Part shown: positions 12,115 through 24,800 of the stretch, one piece after another | Numbering within the stretch: position 1 is the first letter of the stretch | Layout: every line of letters begins with the position of its first letter | Assembly (NCBI GenBank): GCA_002269645.1 | Contig: NIVC01001900.1 | Location: 159,710 to 223,709, forward strand | DNA from: Macrostomum lignano | Lineage: Eukaryota | DNA length: 64,000 nucleotides | Direction: 5' to 3' | Notes under the pieces: model-generated | What the model saw: the letters and a program-made list of their open reading frames with translations, nothing else | Databases searched by the model: none | What the model was told of the DNA's origin: nothing | Program-made: the position numbers and the translations under genes

Positions 12115-15100
12115 CACGCCTTGCATGGGAATTGAGTACGTCGCCCACCTCCGGCCAGAGCATCGGCCTGGAGCCAACGGAGCCGCCATCAGTCCTGATA
12201 GCGCGGCGCAACCAAGCTGGCGACTCACAGGGGACGACGGAGTCAGGAGGCCTCTAAGCGCCGCCGGCAGCCCTTTAATGCGCGGCGCAAAGATCTCCGC
12301 GCCAATGCCCGTCGGATCTACCAGGACTCGCGGCCTGCCAAGCCGGAGCCTCGAGGGCCATCGCTTTCCACCCAACTCGCCCCGCAATGCATGCACAAGC
12401 AGAGCCAAGAAGGAGACAAGTCGGCCGCATCTTTAAAACCAGATTCGGGTTGCCACCTTCAATGCCCGCACTCTCAGTCAGACATGGAGACTGCAGGAGC
12501 TGACCAGGCTGGCGGCCGACCTCAACATCTCCATCCTGGCAGTTCAAGAACATCGGTGACAGAACCCTGACGAGACTGTGGATCTGGGCCTAAGCTGGTA
12601 ATTCAAGGCTGCCCCAGCCACTCCACAGGGAACTGGAGGTATCGGCTTCCTGCTGTCGCCCGCCGCATCCAGAGCGCTGCTGGACATCAGGTTCCCATCC
12701 GAGCGCCTGGGACACACCTCCTTTGCCGGAAAAGACAGGCGTCTTCACATCATCTGCGTCTGCGGCCTCTCGGGCCAGCGAAGATCCATCTGAGACAGAA
12801 GCACTTTACGACACTCTGGGCTGCATGCTTGATTCCATCACTGCTCGCGATTCTGTCATTGTCGCTGGTGACTTCAACTCGCCATTGCCAGCGGACGGCG
12901 CCTGGTAAAGAACAGCTGCGGCATCCCCAATGCCAACTCACCTTTTCTATCCAGTTTTATCCAGGCCAGAGATCTGATGGCTGTCAATGGCACCACGCGA
13001 CAGCGCTTCAGCAAGCTTCCAACTTTCTCTGGCCCCAACGGGCGAACCACTCGGCTGGACTGGATTCTCTGCCCAACTGCTCTGAGGTCCAGGGTGCGCA
13101 GAGTCCTCAACATCCGCCCCGACTGCGTTCAATCTGATCACCGCCTGGTGGCATGCGGCTTCGATTTGCACTGGCAAAAGCTCCGGCCTGCGCCACCTCA
13201 CCCGCTCTGGGCCGACCTGAGAAGCCCAGACACGCGGCAGGTCTTCCTACTCAAGCTGCTTGCCGCCACTCCTGCTCCAGCCGAGTCCTTCGAGTCTCTC
13301 CATCACGCCGTCGAGGATGCTGCAGCGCTTCAACCATCCAAAGGCCCTGTGGGACCGCGATCTCATCATCTCCCAGGCAAGGCGGCACGTGCAGAGCACT
13401 GCTGCACCCCACGGCCATGACAGCGGCCAGGCCAGTGCTGCCAGGGACGAGCTGCAGGGTATTTATGCCCAGCGGACTGAAGCCTTCATCGAAGAAGCTG
13501 TGAGCGAAATCCAACTCCCTACTGACAACTGCCGCCATAGTGCTGCCTGGAGGGCCATCAACCAGCTGACTGGCAGGAAGCCCAGGCCCAACACCACCGT
13601 CGGCGCTGATTCCACCGAGCACCGCAAGGCCCTGCTGGCCGCCCACTACCGCGAGGTGCTCAACGCGCCCGATCCAACTACGCCTCTTCTGCCAATCCCA
13701 GACTTCGCTCCAGCCCAGCCAGACGCCTTCAACACCGGCCCCATCACTGCAGGCGAGGTTGACAGAGCACTGAGGACCATGCGAGCTGATGCCGCCGCTG
13801 GGGTGGAAGCCATCCCTCCCAGGGTCCTAAAGCTGGCCGAGCTCACCCGCGGTCATCACCTGCCTGCTGAAGAAGCACTGCAGCCTTGGAGGCAACGAGA
13901 CCGCCTCAGCTCCTCAGCAATGGCGCACCTCCAAGATTTTCTCCATCCCGAAGAAAGGTGCCTCCACCAGCCCGGAAAACCAGCGGGGCATCGCGCTGGA
14001 ATGCACAACGCCGAAGCTGCTGAACGAGAATCTGCGCAACCGCCTCCTGCCCGGCCTTAACACGCTGCTGCTGAGCCTCCAAAGCGGCTTCCGCCCGAGC
14101 AGGTCCACTACCGAGCAGGTTGCCACCATCCACTCTGTCATCAAGGCCTGCAAGACACGCCAGCGCTCCGTGTCAATCATCTTCGTCGACTTTTGCAAGG
14201 AACGTTTTTAATTTAGCTGCCAGAGACGACCTGAAGGTGCGCCTGTTCAGCGCAGACGTCGAGCCGATTCTGATGTACGGCATGGAGGCTGTGCCGCTGA
14301 CCGAGACGCGAGAGCGAGCCCTGGACGCGCTTTACCGATCGCTGCTGCGCTACGCGCTGGGCGTGCACTATCGGGATCGCCTGCCGACCAACGCTCTGAT
14401 GGCCCGCGCTGGAACTCCGCCCTTGAGCGCTATCCTGCGCCTGCCGTCCCCTGCCCTTCTCCTCTACTGCGTAGAGCCCTCCTCAGGCTCAACCGCAGAG
14501 ACCTCAGAGCAGTTAGCATGGCCCTCTTCGGGCATGGCTGCTTCTCTCGCAACCGTTTCCTTCAGGGCCAAGTTCCCGAGGAGCGGTGCCCCTTCTGCCG
14601 CTCAGGCAGTGAAAACGCCGAGCATTTTATCTGCCACTGCCCGGTTTTCACCAGGGCCAGGCTCACTCACCTCGGGCCAAACCCGGTTCTCTCCGACGTT
14701 TGCAGGCCCGAGAGCATCCCGCTGCTCGCCCGGTACCTCAGGGACACGGGACGAGCTGAGTTCTTCTCCACCATTGGTGAGAAGAACCGTGCTGCAGGCG
14801 AGACCGACGTGTCCCCCTGAGCGACATCGCTTCAGCGGAAGTCAATGGTCGCCAGGGGCCAGCGGAATGGGCGGTCCCCTCCGCCTCCTCGCTGCATCCG
14901 CCGGACGCCCCCTGCAGCTAAGTCAAGTCAAGCTATCCTGTGCCGGCACCGCCAGATGCTGCTGGGCCACAGCCTACGGACCCTGAGTCGCGGTGTGCCC
15001 GTCCCTCTGGCCCTGGCCATTCTGCACCGGCCGACCGAGCAATTGCACCGCGGCCAGGCTCGAACTGCCACCCTAACGAACTGCTCATCGCTGCTTGCAG

Positions 15101-15207
15101 GCGCTTGAGCTGACCCCTCAGGCTGCTGCTGCCTGCCCCTCCCGCCTGTTCTGCGAACGCGTGCGCGCGAGGGGCCTCCCCTCTGCGTCCTAATATATAT
15201 AATATAT
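12115..15207 (+). mobile_element. degenerate RTE-like non-LTR retrotransposon with deleted RT core
   Basis: ATFNARTL..LAVQEHR (12450-12560), GGIGFLLS, VAGDFNS and RLDWIL..SDHRLV (APE); PKKG..RGIAL..QSGFRP..STTEQ..IFVDF (RT N-part) jumping directly at ~14200 to KVRLF..VEPILMYG; C-terminal AIL.RHRQMLLGHSLR; TA-rich tail at ~15190-15207; many frameshifts. Confidence 0.85.
14442..14931 (+). mobile_element. 5'-truncated second LOA/R1-group LINE nested in the RTE element
   Basis: Encodes GHGCF..CPFC..ENAEHFICHCPVF..R..HLG..LRDTGR, homologous to the C-terminus at 7200-7460. TSD GCTATCCTG(C/T)GCC at 14429-14441 and 14932-14944; CTAAGTCAAGTCAA tail; the RTE reading frame resumes after the TSD. Confidence 0.85.
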
Positions 15208-15269
15208 GCGTATGATACACGCGACCACCAAGAGAAACTTCATATGGCTTCGCCACACAGACACCACTT

Positions 15270-15730
15270 TGGTGGCAGCAGTAAAAGGAGAAAAGCTACA
15301 TTCGCAATCAGAAGATGTACTATTAAGAAAATGCTGTGCAGGATGGCCTCAGCACAGTTCTAAAGCATTGGGCATTTCGATCCAGATGAAGATCCGCTCA
15401 ACAATGCAGAGAAGTGGAGCCGCTATGTGCAGGAAGTCGAGCTGTTCATGGATGTGCAAGGAATAGCTGACGAAAAGAAGCAAGCCAAATTATTGCTTCT
15501 AGCAGGGCCGAAAATCCTAAATTTGTTGCAGACTGTAAACTATGAACAAGGCTACGAAGCAACGAAGGAAGCGCTCAGCTCTCAATTCCATAAGGTGCAA
15601 CCAATGGCGTCCATGAGACTTACAAGCTGCTGTCAGTAAGCCAGATAGAGGGAGAACCATTTGATTCGTTCTACAGTCGTCTAATAAGTGCGGCAAAGTA
15701 CTGCAACTTGCCCGACGAGTACAAGCCTGA
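15270..15730 (+). mobile_element. Gypsy gag relic preceded by a PBS-like motif
   Basis: TGGTGGCAGCA at 15270, then FDPDEDP..AEKWSRYVQEVELFMDVQGIADEKKQAKLLLLAGP and later DSFYSRL..AAKYCN (gag-like). Confidence 0.65.
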
Positions 15731-15792
15731 AGGAAAAGAAGCAATCTATATAACTAAATCCTAATGTTACCTAATGCTAAACAGCATCTGAG

Positions 15793-15870
15793 TGAATGTC
15801 ACTGGGCCAATGTCAGTGGGCCAATATCACTGAGCCAATGTCACTGGACCAACGTGACTGGGCCAATGCC
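15793..15870 (+). repeat. short array of the 14-bp unit GTCACTGGGCCAAT
   Basis: Same unit as 32773-33235, at the equivalent position upstream of an NHL gene. Confidence 0.85.
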
Positions 15871-16181
15871 CATAACGCATAAGCAACTGATAGATCAGAC
15901 CCTGCTGGCAAAAGTGATCTTCCGTCCCCCTGGCCTTCCAGGCCTCGCACAGAGCCAAGCGCACAGGTGCGTCAGATAACGCAGTTGCTTTGCGAACTCT
16001 GCAGCAGGCAGATGCGGTCTCTGGGCTGCGGACGGTCACCTGCCCTGTGCCAATGTAAACTGTGCGACCCCACCCATGCTGCAGCTGCCGCTCGCGTACA
16101 TAAAAGTCAGACCTGTACGAAAATAATTCAGTTTTCGTTTCTTAATTAAAGAAATAAGATTTCAAAACCTGCGGTACTGCA

Positions 16182-17810
16182 ATGAGCCTTGAAGACTACA
16201 GCGACAGCTCGAGTTCGGACGCGCCTCCCGCTACCCCAACTCCTCTCTGCATCATCTGTGACCAAGCTGCAGTCGGTGTGGCTCCGTTCTCCCGCTGCCT
16301 CATGTGCAGTCAACACCTCAGTGTCGATGTGGCCAATCTATTCAAGCTCAAGGAGGAGGTCGAAGAGCTGCTGCGTGCCTACTCACAAGAGTCACGAGAC
16401 GCAGCAAGTGCAGCTGGCCGTGCAGCGCTGCTGCGACCAAGACAAGACGCTGAGTCGCTGCGTCGTCTCGCTCTCGACATCCAACAGCAGCTGCAAGAGG
16501 TCAATCACAAATTCGATTTGGTACAGCAACACATCGACTCGTTTCGTAGCAGGGTGACGGGCCAGCTCTCAGGTGTGCTTGAGGCAGTGCGTGTGTGCGA
16601 GCGGGACCTCGAGGACGTCTCCAGCTACAAGCAGGAGGTGGCCACGGCGGAGGCTGCAGGCGACATGGCGGAGCTGCTTCGCCTGGTCCAGTCCATGCAC
16701 GAATCGCTTGGAGACTTGGAGGCCGACTTTGAGAGGTCAGAGCGCCTGCTCAGAGACCAGAGTGACAATGAGGAGCTGCAGCTGCGGCTTCTGGGCCAGC
16801 TCGAGCGGCTGGTCGGCATTTGTGCGGGACGCAGTGAAGAGGGCGACTGGTCGAGAGACGCTGCGGTGACCGCGACATCCGAGGAGATAGACGCTGCTGA
16901 GAGTGAGAGACTGCTGTTCGATCCGATGGTCTTCAATCACAAGGTGAAGCTGGATGGCAATTCTCAATGGCTGGCTGTGTGCAGCGACACCAGCGGATTC
17001 GTTGGTGACCGCTCAGGCCGTGTGGTTCCCGCCGACTCAGCGAGAGACGGCAGCGAGGCTTTGCCTCAGCCCTGCATTATTGCAGCATTCTGTAAAAATA
17101 GAGACCATCTACTGGTGCTTTCTGTGGACGGCTCACAGAAGCTGCGGTGCCACTGCGACATCGACTGGAAGAAGAGCATTCATGGCCTTCACTGCGACCG
17201 TCAGCTGCTGTTCATTGCTCAGTCTAACGCAGTGACAGTGACAGAACTGAGCGGTCGCGCGGTTCGTCGAGTCCACATCGTGGGCTTCGGTGACATCTGT
17301 GGAATCGGCGGCAACGCAGCCTCCGTGTTTGTGTCCAGTGGAAACAAAATTGCTGCATTCAGCAAAGTGACTTGGCAGATGGAGACGGTCATCACGCTGT
17401 CTCAGCTTCCTCATGCTGCACTGGGTAACCTGACAACTCACGACAACTGCATTCTGGTGACGGACTGGATGCACAATCAGGTGCACAGAGTGCGCATCGA
17501 CACCCAGCAGCTGGTCGCCTCCTTCCCGACTCAGCGATCCGGCCTCCAAGAGTTTGCTTATCCAAAGGATGTGGCCGTCGACAGCAGAGGCCGCCTGTTC
17601 GTGAGTGAATTTTTGGGTTACTCAGTGCGAGCAGTGGCTGCAGACGACGGGTCGCTGCTGTGGACTCTGGGGACTCCGGGCGAGAGCGGCAGCGGAGACG
17701 ACAGATTCAGGGGTCCATGGGGTCTGGCGGTGGTGACGGGAGGTCCGCGCGACCAGCTGGTGGTGGCTGACTGTGGTAACAGGAGACTGCAGGTGTTCAG
17801 TGCATCCTAA
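16182..17810 (+). CDS. TRIM-NHL-like protein, paralogue 2 (intact, 542 aa)
   Basis: Uninterrupted ORF with CIIC..CLMCSQH Zn-binding motif, heptad-rich coiled coil, and NHL repeats (F..P.DVAVDSRGRLFVSE; F..PWGLAV..QLVVAD.GNRRLQVF). Confidence 0.9.
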   Translation: MSLEDYSDSSSSDAPPATPTPLCIICDQAAVGVAPFSRCLMCSQHLSVDVANLFKLKEEVEELLRAYSQESRDAASAAGRAALLRPRQDAESLRRLALDIQQQLQEVNHKFDLVQQHIDSFRSRVTGQLSGVLEAVRVCERDLEDVSSYKQEVATAEAAGDMAELLRLVQSMHESLGDLEADFERSERLLRDQSDNEELQLRLLGQLERLVGICAGRSEEGDWSRDAAVTATSEEIDAAESERLLFDPMVFNHKVKLDGNSQWLAVCSDTSGFVGDRSGRVVPADSARDGSEALPQPCIIAAFCKNRDHLLVLSVDGSQKLRCHCDIDWKKSIHGLHCDRQLLFIAQSNAVTVTELSGRAVRRVHIVGFGDICGIGGNAASVFVSSGNKIAAFSKVTWQMETVITLSQLPHAALGNLTTHDNCILVTDWMHNQVHRVRIDTQQLVASFPTQRSGLQEFAYPKDVAVDSRGRLFVSEFLGYSVRAVAADDGSLLWTLGTPGESGSGDDRFRGPWGLAVVTGGPRDQLVVADCGNRRLQVFSAS

Positions 17811-18652
17811 TTTTATTCACAGGTCGAATAAAAATCGAACTGCGGGGTTTCTGGAGTGACTGATTTGTTGGAGGCCGGGTTTTTGTTGATTTTTTTATTA
17901 CGATGGAATAATTACCATGTGATTAACTTCTTTGTTTGATAATTGTTTATCATGGCCAGTATGTTCAGAATTGATATTTAATTGAATAGAAACACACTAA
18001 ACATTATGCATGCATTCAGTATTTATATTAAAGTAACGTTTGCCCTCAACACTTCTCTCATTGTTTTTCTTTTTCTGCAAGTTTCAGCACCAGAAATTGG
18101 GACTGCACTGTTGAATTGAATTTCAGCAAACACAATTGGTTCCTGTGCAACTTTTCCTGGAAATTTCTTATCACGCTGTGCCGAATTAAACTCCAACTTT
18201 TGATTCTCAAGCCGTTAATTTCTCAGTTTGCATCTGATGCAATTTCTCTTTTAACCACTTCAACTGAATTCAAAATGATTTTTTCTCCTAAACTATATTC
18301 AGTCGTAAAATTTGCCATCCAGCTGTGAGTGCTTTTAGGAGTATTACAATAATTGCTTAACTCCCGAGAGAGACGTCGGTTGTGGCCCTGGCATGGAGGT
18401 TAAGGGTGAGTCAAACCCGGGTCAGCTGGGAGAAATGGATCGCCACAAGTCACGTGACAATTCAATTGATGGGAACAGCCTACTGAGACCGGGGTCATAA
18501 ATGCTGATTCACAACAAAATAACGGAGGTTGGGGTGGGCGAAAAAAAAGTGGGGTGGGTGTAAGTGGTGAGTCATCGCTGATTCATTGAAAATTAGTGAG
18601 TGGCTGCCAAAAGCCGGTGCTGCATCAGAAGCTGAGGGACTTTAACTGACTT

Positions 18653-18922
18653 CATGCTGCATAGCGACTGTGGCATGATTGCCAATCAGACATGCTGCAT
18701 AGCGACTGAGGCATGATTGCCAATCAGACATGCTGCGTAGCGACTGTGGCATGATTGCCAATCAGACATGCTGCATAGCGACTGCGGCATGATTGCCAAT
18801 CAGACATGCTGCATAGCGACTGCGGCATGATTGCCAATCAGACATGCTGCATAGCGACTGCGGCATGATTGCCAATCAGACATGCTGCATAGCGACTGTG
18901 GCTTGATTGCCAATCAGACATG
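18653..18922 (+). repeat. 38-bp minisatellite, 7 copies
   Basis: Unit CATGCTGCATAGCGACTGYGGCATGATTGCCAATCAGA; copies start every 38 bp from 18653. Confidence 0.95.
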
Positions 18923-19169
18923 ACAGCAGCTGATTGATCGAATCGCGGGAACTGCACGATATTTTAAAATCAGCAAATGAAGACACGACCTGCTTTAGAA
19001 ATAATTATTTCGATTTTTCTATTGGAAAATATTCTACGGAACATGCAGTTAGCAATCCGGAGCAGATGCAGCGTGGAAGAGGAAGAGAAGCCGGACGCAA
19101 GGCAGCAGCCGGGGAAGATGCTTCAGCTGCGCTCAGACCGGCCATTTCGCTGCTCAGTGCCCCGGCAGG

Positions 19170-19360
19170 AAGGCCAACCATGCCGTCTGTGTGCAGCCGC
19201 TGCCCAGGCAAAAGATACCGGGTCTCCGCCGGCGGCAGCTGGGGTCCTACCGCTGGCTCGAGAAGCTCAACCCCGCCACCTACCGAATCTCCAAACCCGC
19301 CGGCAGGAGGCGGAGCTCAGTTGTGGAACCACCGACTGGCTGAAGGTGTTCGTGCGCAGG
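19170..19360 (+). mobile_element. degenerate Gypsy integrase C-terminal (GPY/F-like) fragment
   Basis: Frameshifted W-GP-YR..LEKLNPATYRI...VV motif. Confidence 0.45.
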
Positions 19361-19734
19361 CGGCCGAGGCCTACGATGGCGCTGCCTGCCGCTGGCTGAC
19401 GCAGCAGAGGATGGTAGGCAGGATTTGTTTACGAGTTTACTTAGTTTGCATAAGAAAATGACGCACTGTAGGGTTGTGTCAACGGTGAACTTCTTTTTCG
19501 ATACATATCGTTTCCGAACGCAAAACTCTGGTTGCAGCTCTGAATTTCCCGAAAGTTGCGAATGCTCGCGAAACGAATAAAGGATTCGAACTCAAGACCT
19601 ACAGTTTTAATGCGAGGAGAGAATTAAGGCTGAGTTTAGGCTAACTGGTCAGCCAAGTCGGCAATTTCGACTCCTATGATTATAGTGCCTGATGTACTTT
19701 TATTGGCTCACCAGAGTACGCAAATTGAACACAA

Positions 19735-20368
19735 TCATTAGTCACAGTTCATTAGTCACTAGTCACAGTCCATTAGTCACTACTCACAGTTCATTAGTCA
19801 TTTAGTCACAGTTTATTAGTCATTTAGTCACAGTTCATTAGTCATTTAGTCACAGTTCATTAGTCATTTAGTCACAGTTCATTAGTCATTTAGTCACAGT
19901 TCATTAGTCATCTAGTCACAGTTCATTAGTCACTACTCACAGTTCATTAGTCATTTAATCACTGTTCATTAGTCATCTAGTCACAGTTCATTAGTCACTA
20001 GTCACAGTCCATTAGTCACTACTCACAGTTCATTAGTCATTTAGTCACAGTTTATTAGTCATTTAGTCACAGTTCATTAGTCATTTAGTCACAGTTCATT
20101 AGTCATTTAGTCACAGTTCATTAGTCATTTAGTCACAGTTCATTAGTCATCTAGTCACAGTTCATTAGTCAACAGTCACAGTTCATTAGTCATTTAGTCA
20201 CAGTTCATTAGTCATCTAGTCACAGTTCATTAGTCACTACTCACAGTTCATTAGTCATTTAGTCACAGTTCATTAGTCATTTAGTCACAGTTCATTAGTC
20301 ATTTAGTCACTGTTCATTAGTCATTTAGTCACAGTTCATTAGTCAACAGTCACAGTTCATTAGTCATC
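19735..20368 (+). repeat. 22-bp minisatellite (GTCACAGTTCATTAGTCATTTA)n
   Basis: Direct reading, ~28 copies. Confidence 0.95.
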
Positions 20369-20993
20369 ACAGCAGGTGAAGCTGCACATTTGTTCTCAGA
20401 ATTTTGTGTCCATGTTGAGCCTATAAGATACTGATGCATTTGACAAAGGCAGACAGCTTTCGGCTCTGTAGAGGCGGAGCCAAACAGCTACGGAAATCTC
20501 CGAGACTCGACTTTGCTGTCTCAGCCACCCTGAGACTCCATCAGTGCGGTCAGCACCGGAAGCATCGCACAGACACCTATGCCACACGGAGCATGGTGAG
20601 CATTGTTGCAGCCGTGAAAATCCTTGGGAATTGAGTGAGAAAGTCCTTGAGATACGAATTGGGCTGGCTTTAGTTGATTCGGGTAATTCACCAATCTTCA
20701 GACAGAGACACAGAGGTGAACAAAGACCATCCTGCATGCTGGCCGACCACAACAATAAATAAACTGCATGATTTCAGCTCCTCCGCGCTCTTGTTTGTTT
20801 TGCTGCGAGATTTCCCTTGATTTTCGGTTCGACATCAGTTTTCGGGCTGCATAAGCCAGTAGCCTCCACTGCCTGGGGCAGATGCTTCATCTATTGGCTG
20901 GATGCTTTTATCTATAAATGACTCACAGAGGATATCAACCCCCTTTTACTAACCTATTTTCAGGTAAACCAAAAACTCCTAAAATCAAGCAGT

Positions 20994-21366
20994 CAGTGTC
21001 ACTCAGTCACGGAGTGTCACACAGTCACGGAGTGTCACTCAGTCACGGAGTGTCACACAGTCACGGAGTGTCACTCAGTCACAGAGTGTCCCACAGTCAC
21101 GGAGTGTCACTCAGTCACAGAGTGTCACACAGTCACGGAGTGTCACTCAGTCACGGAGTGTCACACAGTCACGGAGTGTCACACAGTCACGGAGTGTCAC
21201 ACAGTCACGGAGTGTCACTCAGTCACGGAGTGTCACTCAGTCACAGAGTGTCACACAGTCACGGAGTGTCACACAGTCACGGAGTGTCACTCAGTCACGG
21301 AGTGTCACTCAGTCACAGAGTGTCACACAGTCACAGAGTGTCATACAGTCACGGAGTGTCCCACAG
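20994..21366 (+). repeat. 18-bp minisatellite (CAGTCACGGAGTGTCACA)n
   Basis: Direct reading; explains the SHSHGV ORF. Confidence 0.95.
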
Positions 21367-21863
21367 CAGAGAGGCTTGATGCGTACAACAAAAGAATGTG
21401 TTTAAAATACTTAATATATAATATATGTACAAATACATGTATACCGCCTCAGCATTCAGTGTGTTCTCAAGAAATAGGATTTGCTCGACTGAATTTGTCT
21501 GCCGCGTTGGTTGCAGAAGCTGTGTGACACCTGTGTAATCCTGATCTTTCTTCGGTCTTGCCAAAGGCGTCAGGCTTCGCGGTGTCTGCCGAAACCAGAA
21601 TCCGAACTTAGCGGCATCCTGACCGGCCTACAGCGGGCTGAATCGGCTTGGCTGTCGCTCATGCTGCATCAGAGTGTGTAGTGTACGCTCTGCGCGGTAA
21701 TAATGTACAGCTGGCTTGGTCGATGAATTCCTAGAAATATTGATACATGTATTACGCAATACTCTCGTGCCTATAAATATAGTGAATTGAGCAGTCGGCT
21801 CAGTTAAGTGCAATCATAGCGCACCCGAAGATATTACGTCAGTCTGCAAAGAGCGAGTTATAG

Positions 21864-24800
21864 TTAAACCCTATAGTTCACTCTCACCTTGGCCTCTCGG
21901 GGGTGTGGTCGCAGCGCAATTGGAGAGGTCGCGGGTTCGCTCCCTGCAGCTTGTAGGATCGGAGGTGCGGGCTCCCCGACAGGAAAATCAGGCTCAGTAT
22001 CCGGCGCTACTCGCTTCAGGTCGGTGCAGTGTCGCCTGCAAACTCTGGCGCCCTGCCGAATGGTCATCGAGTCGCCCTTGACCTTCTCGACCAGCCAGGG
22101 TGCCCACTCGAACGGAGTCTCGCCCTTGAGCGGATTTAGTCGGCGCCGCAGCACTGTGTCACCGACTTTGAGACCGTGCGGTCTCGCCTGCCGTTGCTTG
22201 TCGGTGTAGCGCTTGCCCTTTGCCTTGCTGCTGGCGTCCTGCTGTCGGAGCCTCCTGTCCACGATGGCCACTGTTCTCGACGGCTTGACTGACGGGATGG
22301 CGTCGTTTGGGACGCGCCCCATGAAAAGCTCGGCTGGTGCCCGGTTGGTGGTTCGCTGCGGCGTGCAACGGTAGGCCAGCAGCCACTCATCAAGGGCTGC
22401 CCTCCAGTCGCTCTTCTGGGCAATGGCAGCTCGTACAACCTTATTGATGGAGCGGTTCAGGCCCTCGGTGATGCCGTTGGCCTGCGGATGCAGCGGTGTG
22501 ATGAGACGCTGCCGGATTCCGTAGCTGTCCAGAAAGACTTTGAACTTGGCCGAGGAGAACGGCGGGCCGTTATCTGTGACCAGTACCTGCGGGATGCCGA
22601 ATCTGGCGAACGAATTCCTCAGCTTGGGAATCAGCGCTTCGGTCGTTGTGGTCTGGACGATCTCGACCTCAGGGAAGCGCGAGTAATGGTCGACGCAGAC
22701 GAGCAGCATGTTGCCTTGAATGGGGCCCAGCAGGTCTGCCCCTAGCGTTAGCCATGCAGCTTTCGGGATTGGCGTCGGCTTCAGCGGCGCCGCGGTCGCG
22801 TCGGCTTCAGCGGCGCCGCGGTCGCGTCGGCTTCAGCGGCGCCGCGGTCACGTCGGCCGCGTGCGACGTTGCTGCACAGGCTCGGCACGCACGCACAAAG
22901 AGCTCCGCTTCTGTCTGCATCCTCGGCCACCAGACTTTGGTGTTCAAACGGTCAACCGTCTTGCGCATGCACTGATGACCACGGTGTGCCAGGTCCAACA
23001 CCAGGCGCCGAAGCGCCGTTGGAACTACGATCCGCTGGTCCCGCAGGAGCACGCCGTCCGCTGCCGATAGCTCGTCCCGTAGGGCGTGAAGCGATCGCAT
23101 CTCCGCCGACTCGAGGCTCCATCGTCCTGTCTCCAGCGATCGAATAGCGGCTTGAATTGTTGCATCTTGCAGCGAACTCTCTTGCACTAAGGACAGCGAC
23201 AGAGCGTTCGGTATGGCCGCCTGGACAGTTGCTGCGATGCAGAGGGTGTCGAGCTCCTCGCCGACATTTCTTCCTCGTGTTGGCAGCGGCTGCTGGCTCA
23301 GCACATCCGCTGGGTTTAGTGGGCTGGTATTCGACTGTGAATTTCATGTTCTGAATGCGCAGCGCCATTCTTTCGATCCTCGGGGGAGGCCTTGAGCGAC
23401 TGCTGAACAATGCGATGAGCGGCTTGTGGTCCGTCACCACCGTAAATGTCGGGGCGCCGTGGAGGTAGTACTGAAATTTCAAACAGCCGTATTTGACTGC
23501 CAGCGCCTCCTTCTCAGTCTGGGAGTAGCGCTGCTCGACACCGGACAGCGTCCGGCTGGCGTACGCAACGGGCCGGTTGGTGCCGTCCGCTTGTGTCTGC
23601 GTTAGAATCGCGCCCAGGCCCGCTGGGCCGGCGTCGACGATGAGTTGCGTCGCTAGGCGGTGGTTAAAGGAGGCGAGGGTGCCGCTGGTCGCAATCAGGG
23701 TCTTGACGTCATCAAAAGCTCGTTTCTTGAGGTCGGTCCATGCCCAGGGCTCGCCTTTTCTAGTCAGATTGCGCAGCGGCTTCGCTACGTCCGCCAGCCC
23801 GGGGGTGAATGAGGCCAGATAGTTGACCAGGCCTAGAAACGAGCGCACCTCTGTGACGGTCTTTGGCTCGGCGAATGCGTGGATGGCCTCCAGCTTGGAC
23901 TGGGTTAGTCTGACCCCTTCACGAGACAGTCGCATCCCCATGAACGTGACCTCGGTACGGGCGAGCTTGCATTTTAACGGATTTAGCGTCAGCCCGTGCT
24001 GCGCCAGTCGTCGAAGACATGCCTGCAGGTTGCTGTGGTGCTCCGCCACGCTGTGCCCATACACGATGATGTCGTCGTGAATCCATTTTACTTTCGGAAG
24101 TCCAGCTAGCACGGATGACATGACCGCCTGGAGAATTTCCTGGGCCGTAGACAGTCCCATACAGAGCCGTGTCAGCCGCCGCAGGCCTCGTGGCGTCGAG
24201 AAAGTCAGAAGATGGCGGCATTCGTCGGCGACTGGGATTTGATAAAATGCCTTCGTGATGTCGAGCTCTGAGAATAGCTGCGCCCCTGCCATGTCTCCCG
24301 TCACCTCCTCGAATGTCGGGATGGGATGCCGCTCTCTAATGACCGACTTGTTCAGGTCTCTCAAGTCTTGCGTAATCCTGATCTCGCCCGGAGTCTGCTT
24401 GGGCACGACGACGATGCGAGCTACCCACTGACAGGGGCCTTCAACCGGCTTTGGTCCTCGAGGCACTGCAGCTCGGCGTCGACTGCCTGTGCGAGATGTA
24501 TTGGCACCCTTGATGGGGGATGACAGACCGGCCTGGCTCCCTCTTCCAGGAAGATGCGGGCGAAATAGTTTTTGAGCCTGCCGATTCCGCTGAAGACTTG
24601 TGCGTTCTCCGTCAGGAGTTCGTCCAGGGCCGGTGCCCCTGGCGCATGTAGGACTTCCTTTGGGATCCATGCTAGCATGCTGTCTAGCGAGACCTCAGGA
24701 GACGGACGCAGCTGGCATGCCACCTTGTTCTCTGGACCGACTCGCAGAATCTGAAGTCTTTCAGCGCTTCTCCGGCCAATGATGCAAGCGCCCTCACCGT

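Noticed and set aside
21677-21838. Left arm as the LTR of a separate plus-strand element
   Set aside because: It has neither a PPT before it nor a TGG PBS after it, it lacks the U5 part, and the shared GAGTG TSD encloses the whole unit.
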